DNA of 64,000 nucleotides from Ruditapes philippinarum (GCF_026571515.1 NW_026865023.1:62001-126000); one strand, 5' to 3'. Numbered from the stretch's first letter, positions 37,901 through 51,267 are shown. A program made the numbers and translations. Notes: generated by a model from the letters alone, not told the origin.

Positions 37901-38739
37901 AGCAGTTTGGGAAATTTGAGATTTTTTTTAAAATTTAAAATCTACCTTACACATGACTCTTAAGTTTTAAACATCTGTATGACCTTATAACCTTTTACTT
38001 CTTTTAGAAATAAAGTCAAAACAATTTCACTCTCTGAAGTCAAAATAGTTTGCTTTTTTGATTGCTGTTTGGATTTTTTTTTTATTAAATTTTGAAAAAG
38101 AGGCTATTTAGATTGTGGCCTTTTATCCGCCTCTGGTGATAGGGTTAAATGCCCTGGTTTGTGTTATAACTTTTGGATAAAATGTAACGTAGTTTAGCAA
38201 TCAGTACCCTGCATTTCTGTTACTATGCTGTTATTCTTACTTATGTTTTTATATAAATATGTAAAAAAATGGGTGAGGGGACAGCAGCCCCCAAAAAGCA
38301 GGAATTCTTATATTGTTTACCTTCAAGGGTCTGCTGAACAAGGAGTGTTCCTAATTGTCTTTTGCTAAAAAAAATATACATGAAGATACTTCTTTGAAAC
38401 AAATGTATCAATTTTGAAAGAAATTACCTCTTCAAAAACAGGAGGCTTTAAACCCATTATTATCTTTTCAAGAGATTGTAGCTTTCAAAAAGATGGAGGT
38501 AGGGTTGCACATTTATGTAACTTAAAATCTGTAGATTAATTTAAGCACATGAATATTATATGATATTTACAGATGAGATGAGGGAAATGATGACAAAAGC
38601 TGGACTTGTAGAGAAACAAAACTTGGTAGATAGACGATTACAAGTAAACCGTGGTAAACAACTCAAGATGTATCGTGTATGGATACAGTGTAAATATACG
38701 AAACCAGAAAAAACAGACTCAAATGTGGAGAACAGATGA
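28927..38739 (+). CDS. METTL2: tRNA N3-methylcytidine (m3C32) methyltransferase, METTL2 family, ~398 aa, 9 coding exons
   Basis: Exons 28927-29024, 29970-30061, 30496-30911, 31159-31208, 33399-33459, 34239-34378, 35255-35361, 37574-37639 and 38573-38739. All introns are GT-AG and in phase (1197 nt total). Motifs QFGNRLL...[60 protein letters not shown] and YRVWIQCKY. Confidence 0.95.
31281..32388 (+). mobile_element. HINE-like element in a METTL2 intron
   Basis: 5' TTAGCTCGACTATTCGAAGAAT, a (GGCGTC)n microsatellite and degenerate ~155-bp tandem units. 3' subTIR GAATAGTCGAGC followed by hairpin GCTGTC-CTACT-GACAGC and CTTGTT. Confidence 0.85.
32505..33191. mobile_element. TA-flanked MITE containing two convergent degenerate tRNA-like segments
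   Basis: TIR CTGTCCTAAGATGATAATTTG / CAAGTTATCATCCTAGGACAG with TA on both sides. B-box GGTTCGAACC at ~32703 (+) and AGTTCGACT at ~32996-33004 (-). Confidence 0.7.
35372..36778 (+). mobile_element. HINE with a (GTCT/GTCG)n microsatellite and eight 145-bp tandem units, in a METTL2 intron
   Basis: 5' TATGCCCCCC...GGGGGTATA stem. Units begin GGTTTCCGCTGATTATC every ~145 bp from 35485. 3' end GGGGGGTATA plus hairpin TGTCG-TT-CGACA and TTCTTGTT. Confidence 0.9.
36858..37074 (+). mobile_element. tRNA-derived SINE, copy 3
   Basis: A-box GTGGTCGAGGGG, anticodon-like loop CTTCTAA (Arg-TCT-like), B-box GGTTCGATC and a (CAAA)n tail. Perfect 13-bp TSD TACATATTTTTGT. Confidence 0.9.
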
Positions 38740-40729
38740 TGTTTAATGACTATATTAACTATATAAGAAATTAAAAGAGTCTTAATTATTGATAATGTAC
38801 ATGTATATTGATAAAGTGTTTATTAAGCTCAACAAACAACTGCCAGTTAATGTTAATGTTGATTTTAATATTAGAATATCAACTAGTGAATGAACATTTA
38901 TTATTACACAAATGAAGAGTTAAATTCAAGTTACACACTAGCATTGTAACAAGTCCGATATCGTAATAATTGCCCTCTTTGATCAACGTAAAGGTGAAAT
39001 ATCAATCTCTGTGTAAAAATTGAAGGGCTCTGCCTTTGAAATGAATTTTATAATTTATAAAAGGAATTGTGTCAGGTGTATACTAGTATATTAATTGCAT
39101 ACATTAGGTAGAAAAAAAGTTACTCATATAAAGTGTTTGGTTATTTCTTATTTATAAACTTACTATGTGAGATAAGATACAGCAAGGGAGAGCACACTTC
39201 AAGAAATGCAGCACCCTCTGTATAAAGCTGCACTATCCCTAGCATGACTACACAATGGGATATCTTGCAGATTAAAATGACTGGTGTTAGTCTTTGTCAA
39301 CATCCTTTATGCTGTATAAGACTTTGATAGTTGACACAATCAAGTTTTAAGATCAATAAATCAAGAAAGATTTTTGGGAGTTGAAAACAAAAATAATTAG
39401 TTAAAATTAAAAGTATAATCTACATCACATAGAGAAATAACATTAACATTTATTTTTTGCAAAAGAAAAAGTTTGTGAGCCAAGAAATAGACAAAATGAG
39501 GAAACAACAAAATTATCACACTTTATAATTATGGGGATACCTAAAATTATGTTTTCAAACTGATAGCTAAAATTATGTTTTCAAACTGGACAAACATGAT
39601 AAACAATGCAGGTTTAAATTATCAATGTATATTTATTGCTTCTACCATTTTAGGACAAAAAGTAACCCCTACCGTTTAAAATCATCGTCAGATGCCCACA
39701 GCTGAACCATGAACATTTACTGTATGTTATGTAACATGTAAATAAACCTTGGGTATCTGACCATGGCTTAAAATATTATTCTTTGTCCAAGAAAATTTAG
39801 GTCTCAGAAGTTTATTTTTTTTAAACCATTTTATTTGTCTTCCTTTTTGATTAATTTTGTTTGTGCAGTTGTCTATATTACGATGCCCCTCAAGTTGGTT
39901 ACCGGTCAGGCCTCGACACTAACTTTTTTAGCAGGTGGTACGCCGGACCACAAGATTTGAAAGTTAGGTGGTCCTTCAAGAAGTCAGGTGGTCAGTTATC
40001 ATTATTATATCATTTTACTGCAAATGTAGAAAGAAATGTTTATACTTTATGACAAAGATGTATTATTAACCTTTAAAGAAAACAGATATTTTTAGATATA
40101 TATTTTTCATCTAATCAGAAAAGGGAGAACAAGTCAGTAGGTATTTTATCGTAGAGTTATTTGTTTATTTGTTTTTATCTCATTCAAAAATACACAGCAG
40201 AGCTCTTATTTATGTTAAATTTTATATTAAAGTGATTTCTCCTCCAACTCAAGTTAGGGAATAGTGAAGCCATTTGTGTCTGTTATTTTCTTACTGTTAT
40301 TCAAATATTCATTGCTGATACGTGGTACGTCTTATAATCATGATAATAACATAGCATCTTTTATAGATTAACATTTTTAATGGAACTAATAAATTATCTT
40401 ATTCTTGTCTTTGAAAACAAGTAAATATCTAAATTATTAAAATAATGACAACGTTATTATTTACTATAACTTATCTTATTTTTCTCACAGATTTATAATA
40501 CAGAATTTTACCTCCTTGTTGCTTGTTGGTTGATATTCATTTTTGACATTGGGTATTTTTAACCTATTAAAATAATTTTAACTCTAGAAGAAACAGATCT
40601 CTTATCGTTAAACAGTTAAAACTAGAACTATCGCTGAATGCGATTCATACCCCCACCAATGTCCTTTGACAAAAGACGACTTGGAAAGGTGGTTAAGGGA
40701 ATAAGTTGAGTGGCACAAATACTTCGAAA

Positions 40730-41260
40730 CATGATAAAATGCCACATATTTTCACGAGCCGTGACAGCAAGTGAAAATATGTGGCATTTTATCATGTGGA
40801 GTGAAAATATATACCATATTTCACGAAAAACGAAAAAAATAATCTTTTTATTTAATTTCATTATTAAAGAAAAATGGTAACGAACCCCCCTTGCTTGCTA
40901 CGCAACTGCAATTGTACAATTATAATATAATTATTGTCTTGTTTTGCACGCGATATTTAGCGCTACATTGTGACGTCACATAAACAACTCTTTAAACATC
41001 TGTACAGCGTTAATAACTGGATTTAAGGTATTGGTGTTTGGATTCATTTTCTTAGTTAGACCATTTTCTATCATATAGATAGTTTTAAAAACAAAATTCA
41101 ACAAAGTTGTTTTGTATTTATCAGATTTTTTAAATAAAATGGAGAAAGAAGTCCCTTATAATAAATATGAGTTTTGACTCTGCCCATTTTCATATTTATA
41201 TTTCATATTTAAAAAATATGAAATATATTTGACTGATATAGCACCATATTTCATGGGTAA
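40730..41260. mobile_element. Non-autonomous repeat with a large terminal hairpin
   Basis: Hairpin CATGATAAAATGCCACATATTTTCAC...GTGAAAATATGTGGCATTTTATCATG at 40730-40796. Its internal module is shared in inverted orientation with 22080-22230. Confidence 0.55.
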
Positions 41261-42151
41261 AATTAAATAAATATACATATAAAGAAATTATCTCTGGTGA
41301 AAAAAAGACAAATTGTACAGGTAATGGTATAAATATATATTGTCAAATCATGTTTGAAACAGTTACAAATAACCTTTCATTTTCCCAGTGTACTAAAACA
41401 AACAAAAGCAGTGAAGTTAAGAAAATAGCATAATAATGTCTAAATGTAATTAAGAGTGGAAAAACTTTGCATACTGAGCTTACTTGTGACCCTTTATATA
41501 TATTATATAGTTTCAAGTGTCTGGTTTCAGAGCTATTAAAGTAAATGTAAATTTCTATGAAATATTTATTAGTGGTAAGTTATAATGCAGTGTGAAAATA
41601 AATGTCCATATGTGACTGAAATATTTAGGTTAGTTCTTTAACAGTATAGATATTGTGTTAAATTATGAACTGAATAAATTATCATGAATAAGATGACCAT
41701 GTATTAAAAATTATAGTAATTATTGACAATAACAAAAAATTTGTACTGAGATGGAAACACTTTTCATAATATCTCAAGGCTAGAGAAGAAAAATAAAATG
41801 TTTGTACATATTTATTATTTGTTGCTAGTTGCTAGAATAACTGTTGCAAGGGAATTGCCATCTGGACTTCAGTGTTGTTATATTTTCTGGTCCTTCGGGA
41901 TCATTGATGCCAGCACTATTAAGTGTTGAGAATTGAGTACCGCTCAAGCCGGTGCTAGGGGGCGTGAGAGATGTTGCACTTATTCATTATCTCTCATGTA
42001 CAGAACCAATCAAACCCAGTCTGCAATTCTTATGTAATTTTGTTGTGATTAATGCTTCCGAGGGATCACTTTGTTTCCAGAATTTTGTTAATTTTGATGT
42101 TTTCTCTACGAAATTCTTTGAATAAATATAGGCCTTCAAGATTTTTAACCC

Positions 42152-43969
42152 TTAGAATAACTGTTGCATGGGAATTGCCATCTGGACGTGGAAATGGTCT
42201 GAATAATGCACAGGAGTGACGCACACAACTGCATCTTCCACATGGCGATTAATAAAAATGTAGTCTAGTGTATTTCCATTTCTGTGTGTTGCTGATGTTA
42301 CATACTGGGAAAACCCATAGTACATTGTCAGTCTTTGTAATTGTCTGTAGTTGGCATTTTGTTGACTGTTGTTCACATTGAAGTCACCAGCCAATATTGT
42401 TGGACCATTGTGGACATGTAGAGATGAAAGAATTTTGTCAAAATGGCGTAGGAATGTTTTCAGACTGGTAAGTGGGCTATTATACACGCAGACGATCATA
42501 ATCCTGTGTAATGTAGCCCTGTGCTCTAACAGTATGGCTAGACAGTCAAAGACAGAGGTGTCTATCGGGAACTGACATCTAACATGGAACTTGTGCTCAA
42601 CTTGTATAGCAACACCACCATGAGGATTCAAGTTTGATCTCACAGGTGTTCTGTCTTTTCTATAAATTTGGTAATTGGGTCCAAGTTCATATGTTTCATC
42701 ACAATGGTTTGCTTGTAACCATGTTTCAGTAAGAAAGATTATGTCCGAAGTTTGAATATTTTCATCACAATTAAGACACTGAAAGTGTGGCTTTAATGAG
42801 TTGATGTTCAACAGACTCAGGTTTAAGTATATATCAGGAAGTGTTGGAACTTGTAACTTAGGTACTTTGAACAGTTTTGTTGATGACAATCGCTGCATTT
42901 CTTTTACAACATCTGTATTAACTTTGATGTTTTCTCTACGGAATTCTTTAAATAAATATAGGCCTTCAAGAGTCTTAACCCTACTAAGAGCTGTATACAT
43001 TTGGCCAGTCCTGTAAGTCCCAACATTACAGACGACAAGTTGATCAAGTGTTTTCCCTTGTGCTTTGTGAATCGTAGAAGCCCAAGCTAAAGTCAGCGGA
43101 AATTGTGTTCTGTGAACTGTGACTTGTTTTTTTCTGATATCAACAGTTGTCTGTTTAATTGGTGTAGAGTCTGTGTTTCCAAAGATATTTTTCAACTTGG
43201 TTCGTGTGTTTTGACCACATCTTTGATCATCAAACTTTACCAGAATATAATTTGGTTTGTAATCATTATTATTAACATTGATCACTGGATAGAAACCAGT
43301 CACAGTGCCTGAAGCGGAATTCACTAGTCCATCTGTTTGATCTATGTTGACTGTCAGCGACACCCGCGCTCCTTCAGCAACTTTCAGTTCGCTCAGCAGT
43401 TGGCCCTCTTTTGGCCCTAACTCTATTTCTTTTAACTGTTCAGTTTCTTTGTCTTTCTTTGTATCTTTTGATTTTAATGTTAAAATAGTTGTCTGTAAGG
43501 TTTTCAAGGTTTGGCTATTGTGGCTGTCAACATCTTTATTTGTTGGAAAAATATGCAATGCATATTTTGGATACTGTGGGGATGATTCTTCAATTTGCCT
43601 AGATTTTATCAGCAATATGTCACTTTCTGTTGGTTTATTAATGCGAATTCTGTTAAGTGCTGCAGCGAATTGGACATCATCTTTCTGTCTCATAATCTCC
43701 TCTAACTGAATCAATTGAAAGTGTTTACACCATAGAGAACCATAAAGGTTTGCCAGTGGGTCGTTACTGTATTGCTTGAATATAGGGCATCGAGCCACTG
43801 GTGGTAACTGGTACAAATCTCCTACTGCCAGCACTGACACCCCACCAAATGGTTCATCACACATCTTGATGTCTACCAATCTCCTATGAATGGCCAACAG
43901 AAAATCTGAGGAAACAAAAGAAATTTCATCAATAATGAGTATGCAAAAATTTCCAAGTAAACTCTTCAT
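42152..43969 (-). pseudogene. Helentron RepHel C-terminal part: PIF1 helicase motifs II-VI fused to an APE/EEP endonuclease
   Basis: Helicase motifs IIDEIS, GDLYQLPPV, MRQKD, QFPLTLAWASTIHKAQGKTL and YTALSRV. Endonuclease motifs LNINS, LTETW, HGGV, GDFN, TLDYIF and SDH. Confidence 0.92.
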
Positions 43970-43975
43970 ACGTGC

Positions 43976-45232
43976 TTATTGTTTACTTGTTAGTGGTATG
44001 TAGCCTGCATGTCTTCTCTCAAAAACAGGTATCTGAAAAGTGGAATGTAATGTTTGTCCACCTATGTTGAAAGCTGCAACACCAGTAAAGGCAGCAACTA
44101 ATACAGTTGTTTCTTCATCTGTTTTGGAGATGGATAGTACTCTGTTTGCAGTTTGCACAATCGTTCGTACTAGATGGCTTTTTCCTACTCCAGCTCCACC
44201 AGACAGGAACAGATGGAATGGTTTAGGTCTTCGTCTTGTTTTGTAAGTCAATGACATTTCTATACACCACTGTACAATGAATTGGTGCACTTTCTTTTGA
44301 TCGTCATTCAACATGCATGTCATTTCTAACCACATCTCCTGACTTACTTGGTTGTTATTGACCTCATATTCATATCTTTGCAAACCAACATCTTGAGGAT
44401 TTACAGTGTGTCCTCCATCAAGGTGGATGTAGTCTTGGTGCAGTGAAGTGCCTTCTTGTCTATCTTCTTCCTGTTGTTGTTCAACTGTAGATGCTAATGT
44501 TGCCCATGCATCCTCTGGTTCACCATTTTCTTGCAACTCTTGAGCTGCATCTTCAACAGCATCAGAATTTGGTTCATAAAGTAGTACTTTTTGTTCAATA
44601 TCATCAAAAACGTCCATATACTTGGTCTTGTACATGCCGTCTTTTCCCTTGAGGTCAGTTTCTTCATGTCGCCAAGGGTAGTACAACATGAGTTTTGAAT
44701 GGTAGTATTCCTCTGGTGTTTTGATTTTGGAAAACTTGTGTGTACGAATGATCAAAGGTCTTTTTCTCAGTGTTAATGTTCCTCCATTGTCTTGTAGATG
44801 AATGGTTTTTGGAAGGTTTCGTTCTGATGCCTCTGGTACATTTATGTCTATGTCAATGTCAATTTCGGTCTGTTCAATAGATTCTTTCTTGTTTTCATAT
44901 ATATAGTGGGAACAGAAGTCTGCAAAACACATGTTTTCGACACTGGCTGGTCTTATGATATAGCGATCAATTATGCCTTTCTGCACAAGATCATCATCAT
45001 CATCTTCCATGGTCTGGATGACTTTCAGTGGTTTCAACAAGTAAGTTCGATTCTCAGGCAAATTTGATGGTACAAACGTTACTTGTCGTGAGCTTTTTGA
45101 TAATGGAAGAGACAATAACCTATACACTGCTTCTTGTGCACTCACCTCCCTATGTGAAAGAAATTTTTTAGCAACCTTTTGCATTTTGGACTTAGCACCA
45201 AGTGGCTCACATGTTTTACTTACTGACTTCAA
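43976..45232 (-). pseudogene. Helentron RepHel middle part: linker and helicase Walker A
   Basis: REVSAQEAVYRLL, LMLYYPWR, LSGGAGVGKS and AFTGVAAFNIGGQTLHS. In frame with the downstream ORF, separated by one TAA. Confidence 0.9.
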
Positions 45233-47060
45233 AAGATCTCCAAGTGTTTTTCAGGCTTGCTCACATATGATGCTACATACATTATGCAAGCAAACACATT
45301 TGTCACAAACTGTATATCCATATTTGCTTCCCATGCTGACAGGAGATTGGCATTGTAGAAGTTTATCCTGTTTTCCGCTGGTTTTCTTCGTAGAAGTACA
45401 GCTGGCTGCCCATTCTTTGTTTTTAGCCAACGTATAGCTTGTAAGTATGTGTCCATATTTATTTTCAATTGTTCAAGAATGTCACTTAAGTGTAAGCTGG
45501 GGTTCAACAGAACGTCATTTACTTTTGTTTGAACTTCATGCAGAATGTTAAACTTTTAGGAGGTAAGCTTACAAATGGGAGAAAATCAGTTGTGCTTTCC
45601 ATAGCTGGAAGAGGGAAACCAAATCTACATTGTTTTCCTGATTTCTGGCATGAAATAGAATGTGTGTGCATCTGTACAGTTTTCAAAGTTGAACGTAGAT
45701 CGTCTTGGTCTTCAGGTAGAGCACAGGTAACATATATATCTACAAATTCTTTCACTTGCACTGTTGTATGTTCTGTTATAGTTGGTGCTTCTTTAACCCA
45801 GATGACGATATGGGCATGGGGTGATCCGCGTTGTTGGAACTCAATCCTGTACTTAAAGTCTACTATTTTTCCAACAGGATGTGCTTCACCACACAACACA
45901 TCATTCACAAATAGCTGTAACCTGTGGTCAAAATGCCGAGCTGCACTCACTGGATTTGTCCTTAGCCAGAAGCTTTTCTGCTCCCACGTCATATTGTTGA
46001 CATCATCATCTGTGAATTTTTCACCATGCTGTTTTCCTATTATTTGGATAGTGTCTGTCCACCTCATGTCTGCTGCAGACAAAGTGAGGAACCATGTACA
46101 GGCACCAAGTTGTCTGATCATGCCAAACAAATCGTAAAGCATCTTGTTATAATATGCTGGAGATCCTCTGACTTTTTGCAAGAAATGGTAACTTAGATCA
46201 TTTCGAGTGAGCTGTCTCATATTTTCTGCTTCATTGATTTGACCAGTTGTAACTCTATTTGTTTGTACTTCTCCTTTGCACTTTCTTAATGCAATACTGA
46301 GGCAATCAGATATATCTTTGGCTTCACATCTATATTGGGCGTAAAACAAGTATTCAATGGATGAAGAAAATCTTGTATCATGGTTTAAAATTCTGCTTTT
46401 AAAGTACTGTTTCATTGTTATTTTTTTCGGTCTCTTGCAAGAGAAACCAAAACATCCATCTGGAAACAGATTTGGGAATGATAGGTCTTCACTGAATTGA
46501 TCTGAATGAAAACTTTCAGGTTTTTTCCCTTCTCCTGGAGCCAATGACAGAATAAAGTCCGAGTCAGCACTAAGATCCTTTGGTTGTAAACATGAGTCAT
46601 ATGGAAGGCCTGCTAGTTTGGTTCTCACATCCTGTTGCTGTTCTTCTTCATCAGTATCAAGGTCACTGTCACTTTGAGCCTCATCAGAAGTATGCATATT
46701 TGGTAAACTAGTCTGCTCATGTCTATTTTCTTCTGAAGTGTTTTTATCACTACCTTGTATCACATGATATCTTTTATTCCCATCACCATGTCTTTTTACA
46801 GTTTGTGTCTGATCAGAAATATTCCTATGTTTTTCAATGATATTCGTCTGATCACTTGACTTTTCGCTATCAAATTTTTCATTGTCTCTTTCACAAACAA
46901 CAGCATCTGGCATCACTGATTCATCATTGTCACTACCATGATAGTTTGTAAGTGATTCCCACAGGTTAGGATTTTCAATACTGGCATCTTCTTGCCACTT
47001 ATTATTTATTAGTGATTGTTGTTCATTTTCAGGTAATACAATGCAGTAAATCCTTTCCAA
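45229..47060 (-). pseudogene. Helentron HUH Rep domain (frameshifted)
   Basis: FPNLFPDG, GSPAY, FLTLSAAD and the HUH motif IEFQQRGSPHAHIVIW, then CRFGFP, ANMDIQF and the tyrosine motif YVASYVSK. Confidence 0.92.
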
Positions 47061-48846
47061 GGCCGTATGACTTGTTTAATAGTGTGGCCACGATACTGAA
47101 GTTTTCTCTTCAGCTTAACTGTCAGAGTTGCTGATGAAGGTAGACGAGGCAAAATACCACAGGTTTCATCTGGGTCAACAGGAACATTCACAACACAACC
47201 GTGAACTGCCTTTTGCTTGCCTCTAGGTAAACCTAATATTTTCATAAATGGAATACGCTTGCTTATCAGTGTCACTTCTAAACTTGAAAGGTTCTTCAAG
47301 ACATCTGGAATTTCTGTAAGTTGTAACAAATTTCCAACTGATAAAGGAGGTATGTGACCTTTACAAAGGCTGTTATGGCAGCTGTTACAAATATATCTCA
47401 TGTGATCAAAACTTTTTATGTTATTAGTGCAATCTGCAATAAGTGCTGCACTGTAAATATCACTCACAAACTTTTTCACATTATGTCTATAAAGCAGGAG
47501 TTGACACGAACAGCAAATGTATGTGGGACCTTCTTTAATTTTACTCCTGAAAGCTTGAATAGTTGATGCAATGCTTTTTGAACTCTGCTTTCTGTATTTC
47601 TGTTGTCGTTCATTTTCGTACAGTCTCTGTCCTGATGTGACTTCCTTGTTGCCTTGTTTCTGTCTCATTCTGGAGTTAGCTTTATGTGTTCTCTCTTTCA
47701 GCTTAACCCGAGTGTCATTTTCTTCTCTCTGTCTCATTCTAAAGTTGGCTTTAACTGTTCTCTCTTTTAGCTTAACCAAAGTGTCATTTTCTTCTGTCTT
47801 TCTCATTCTGGTCTTAGCTTTATGTGTTCTCTCTTTCAGCTTAACCAGAGTGTCATTTTCTTCTCTCTGTCTCATTCTGGAGTTGGCTTTATGTGCTCTC
47901 TCTTTCAGCTTAACCCGAGTGTCATTTTCTTCTCTCTGTCTCATTCTGGAGTTGGCTTTATGTGCTCTCTCTTTTCAGCTTAACCCGAGTGTCATTTTCT
48001 TCTGTCTGTCTCATTCTGGAGTTGGCTTTATGTGCTCTCTCTTTCAGCTTAACCCAAGTGTCATTTTCTTCTCTCTGTCTCATTCTGGAGTTGGCTTTAT
48101 GTGCTCTCTCTTTCAGCTTAACCTGAGTGTCATTTTCTTCTCTCTGTCTCATTCTAAAGTTGGCTTTAAGTGTTCTCTCTTTCAGCTTAACCAAAGTGTC
48201 ATTTTCTTCTCTCTGTCTCATTCTGGAGTTAGCTTTATGTGCTCTCTCTTTCAGCTTAACCCGAGTGTCATTTTCTTCTCTCTGTCTCATTCTAAAGTCG
48301 GCTTTTAGCATTCTTTGCTTAAGCTTATATTGTATCTCATTTTCTTCTCGCAGTCTCTTTCTGAGGTTGGCTTTAAGTGTCCTTTTTCTAAGTTTAACTT
48401 GAGTCTCATCTTTATGTCTTTCTCTGTAAGTGGCCTCTTTCCTTATTTCACTTTCTTTATTTTGCTTAACCTCATTCACATTTGTAAGCACATTTTGCTC
48501 GAAGCATTTATCTGTATTTTTTTTATCTTTGACAACAATTTTATTGTCTGAAACTATATGCTTTATTCTTTTAGCTTGTACACTATTGTCAACATCTAGC
48601 CAATTTGTATTTTCAGAGTTGTCAGGAGTAATAGGAGATCCCTTTGTATGGCATTTCCTTTTCATCCCAGTAAGAAACCTTTCACTTTTCACTTTTTCAC
48701 TTTTTTTATTTTCCTTTTGCACAGACTTTTGCCTTTGATCTTCAAAATAGTTGTTTAGTAGGTTGTCTTGTTTACGAGTCATGTGAGAGCAGGAAGTTGA
48801 AGGTTCTGAAGTACTGCTACATTGCTCAGTTTGTGTTCTGTGAGAT
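47009..48846 (-). pseudogene. Helentron RepHel N-terminal region with 23-aa (69-bp) STPR-like repeats and a Cys-rich domain
   Basis: About 10 near-identical KERAHKANSRMRQREENDTRVKL units, then CCSC...CNSC and LPR...VKLKRKLQY. One-base frameshift in a T run near 47972. Acceptor at 48847-48849. Confidence 0.85.
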
Positions 48847-51267
48847 CTGTAAAGAAAAATAAAAAAATATATATATATAAAATTATATATATAAACATCA
48901 TTGCCATCATTATATCAATTCCCTAAAGATGTAATGAAACCAGTTGGCAAATAATAAATAAATAAGTACAATTACATGTAGTTTATGTTGTTAATTACTT
49001 TTGTCTAAACATATATACATAAATACATACAGAATGGATATTTTTTAATATTTGGTTCTTTGAAAGAGAAATAAAAGCAAAAATATTGCTATGTACAATG
49101 CAGTAGTTTCATAAAAATAGTACCATTGCTTTAATCAAATTGTTAACTTTGTATGATGAGGATCCTTTAATATTTTTCTAATAAAGTCTTAATAAATATT
49201 TTATTAATGCAATGGCATGTCTGAGGAGACTTGCAGTAAACATTTGGGTTAGATTTCCTTTGTATTTTCTTCAGAACTTAGAAGGATGTATGGAAGGTAG
49301 CTATGCTAATGAATTATGATGAAAATACAAAACCATCACTAATCCATTGACACAATGCAATAAATAGTTTCATTATAGAATTTTTGTTAACACAAAGTCT
49401 TTTGTTCAGTGAGTTTTATTGATCTTTTTTTAAGGAAATTATAATAAATATTTTATCATTAAGGTGATTCCGCATTGTCAGCCATGTTGGATTTTCACTA
49501 TGTGGGTGCAAATTGAAATAAGATTAAACTTTTATAAAGACACTTGTCATAATGTCAAAAGATGAACCATTTGCAATAAAACTTTAAAGAGAATGCATTT
49601 ATGAATAAAATTCATAAATTTAAGAAATATAACAATAAAAATATTTACCTGTAAAGTGTTCAATTTCTGAAGACCAAATTCAATCTTGTATAGGGTTTTA
49701 TTCACAATTCATGAATGGCAATATCCAGATTAAAGTCTTTATTAGTGCATACAAAAACTATCTTCTTGAAACAATGAGAATAAACCTGCAAAAAATTAAT
49801 CCAAAATAAACACTTTTTCATGTCCTTGAAAATTCCTATCCTCCATATTGTGTGTAAAGAAAGTAGTGCAAGCTATATAAACATCAATTATGTATGTATG
49901 GTGTACAGGACAGACCATCTAAATTTACTGATAACATATAGGAATTATGAAGGTTAATTTTACATTTCCAAAGCAGTTTACATTAGAAAGTACCATTGTG
50001 TATATATGTGAACTGAGTTTTGCTTTACTGTTTTAACCATGCAAATATAAGGGATTTTTAGCCCAGAAATCAATAATTAATAAATATGTGATGAACTGAG
50101 AACAAAATTATTACAATTTCCTTTTTTCAATTTCTTCAAAATTCATAAAGAAAGGTCTATCATTGCCCAGAAATGCTTTTATTTATCTTCTGGAATGTTT
50201 TTCTTTTAATTTTGATGTCTTTGTATATTTTTAAAGTCAGTCATTGGTCAATTAATTGGACATCTTATGCTAATGTATTTTTTTTAAACTAATGCAATTA
50301 TTTAATTAGTCTTTTTATTGAATAAAAATAATCTTTTCTTAAATTTCCATAACATTATCACAAATTATTTCATATTCAGTGCTACTTTCTCCATGTTATA
50401 AGTATGTAAGATGCTGGAAAACCATTATTTAAATGTAATTAAACTTATTTTTTGTCCTTGTAAATATTTAAAACATACAAAATCATCAATATAAAGCTGT
50501 TGTTGCCTTAACATGGTATAAGATGAGGTTTTAATTTTCATTTTACCCTGCAAGCATTCAATGAAAATAATATTTTAAATTTACTGGCACAAATTCCACT
50601 TTTGAATTTATTCTACTGTATATGTAAGTAAATTTCATTAAAATTTACAATGCTCCGAACTAATTTTACTGGCCACGGGCCACCACACATAACAAACATT
50701 TACATAGTGCTGCAAGTAATTATAAAATAATTATTTTTTAAGGGTGGTTGTTTTACTGTTTCTAAAAATAAATAAGATAAAGTGTATACACAAGAAATTA
50801 ATTCTTTCCTTGACTGGTATGTAACTATTCATAAGAATATGAATGTAGTATTAAAAATAATTCAATTGATATACATATTAATTTTTGTTTATATTCAAAA
50901 ATAAACCATCAAATGTGTAGTGTATGTATTATATTTGTACCAGAACTTTATATATAAATCAGTAGCACAAAAACCAGTGAAGGTGACATCGCAAATTTGT
51001 ACCTTTATTGGTGGAGGAAGGCCTCAAATGCCCCTCTGTAATTAATTCCGGCACAAACAGGCACCTGAGTAGAAACACCAATGCTAAGTAATATACCTGT
51101 AAAGCTTTCTGACAATGAAAAACCCAGACATGCTGGCAACGCTAACACTTACAGTGGTTACAGAAAAGCACTTAAAAATTTGGCAGTCTTTCAAATTATC
51201 ATTGATATATATTGTTTTTGATTAATGTCTCTATTTGTTTAATTATTTGAAAAATTTTACCTTTAAT

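Noticed and set aside
39907-39995. hAT-like left end CAGGCCTCGACACTAAC as the Helentron boundary
   Set aside because: No matching right TIR was found, and the Helentron-type terminus at 40620 explains the boundary better.
42152-42830. APE endonuclease as a separate LINE insertion
   Set aside because: It is in frame with the PIF1 helicase and has no adjacent RT, which is the expected Helentron architecture.
47571-48738. Plus-strand ORFs with LCLILELALC repeats
   Set aside because: Antisense shadows of the 69-bp coding repeat.
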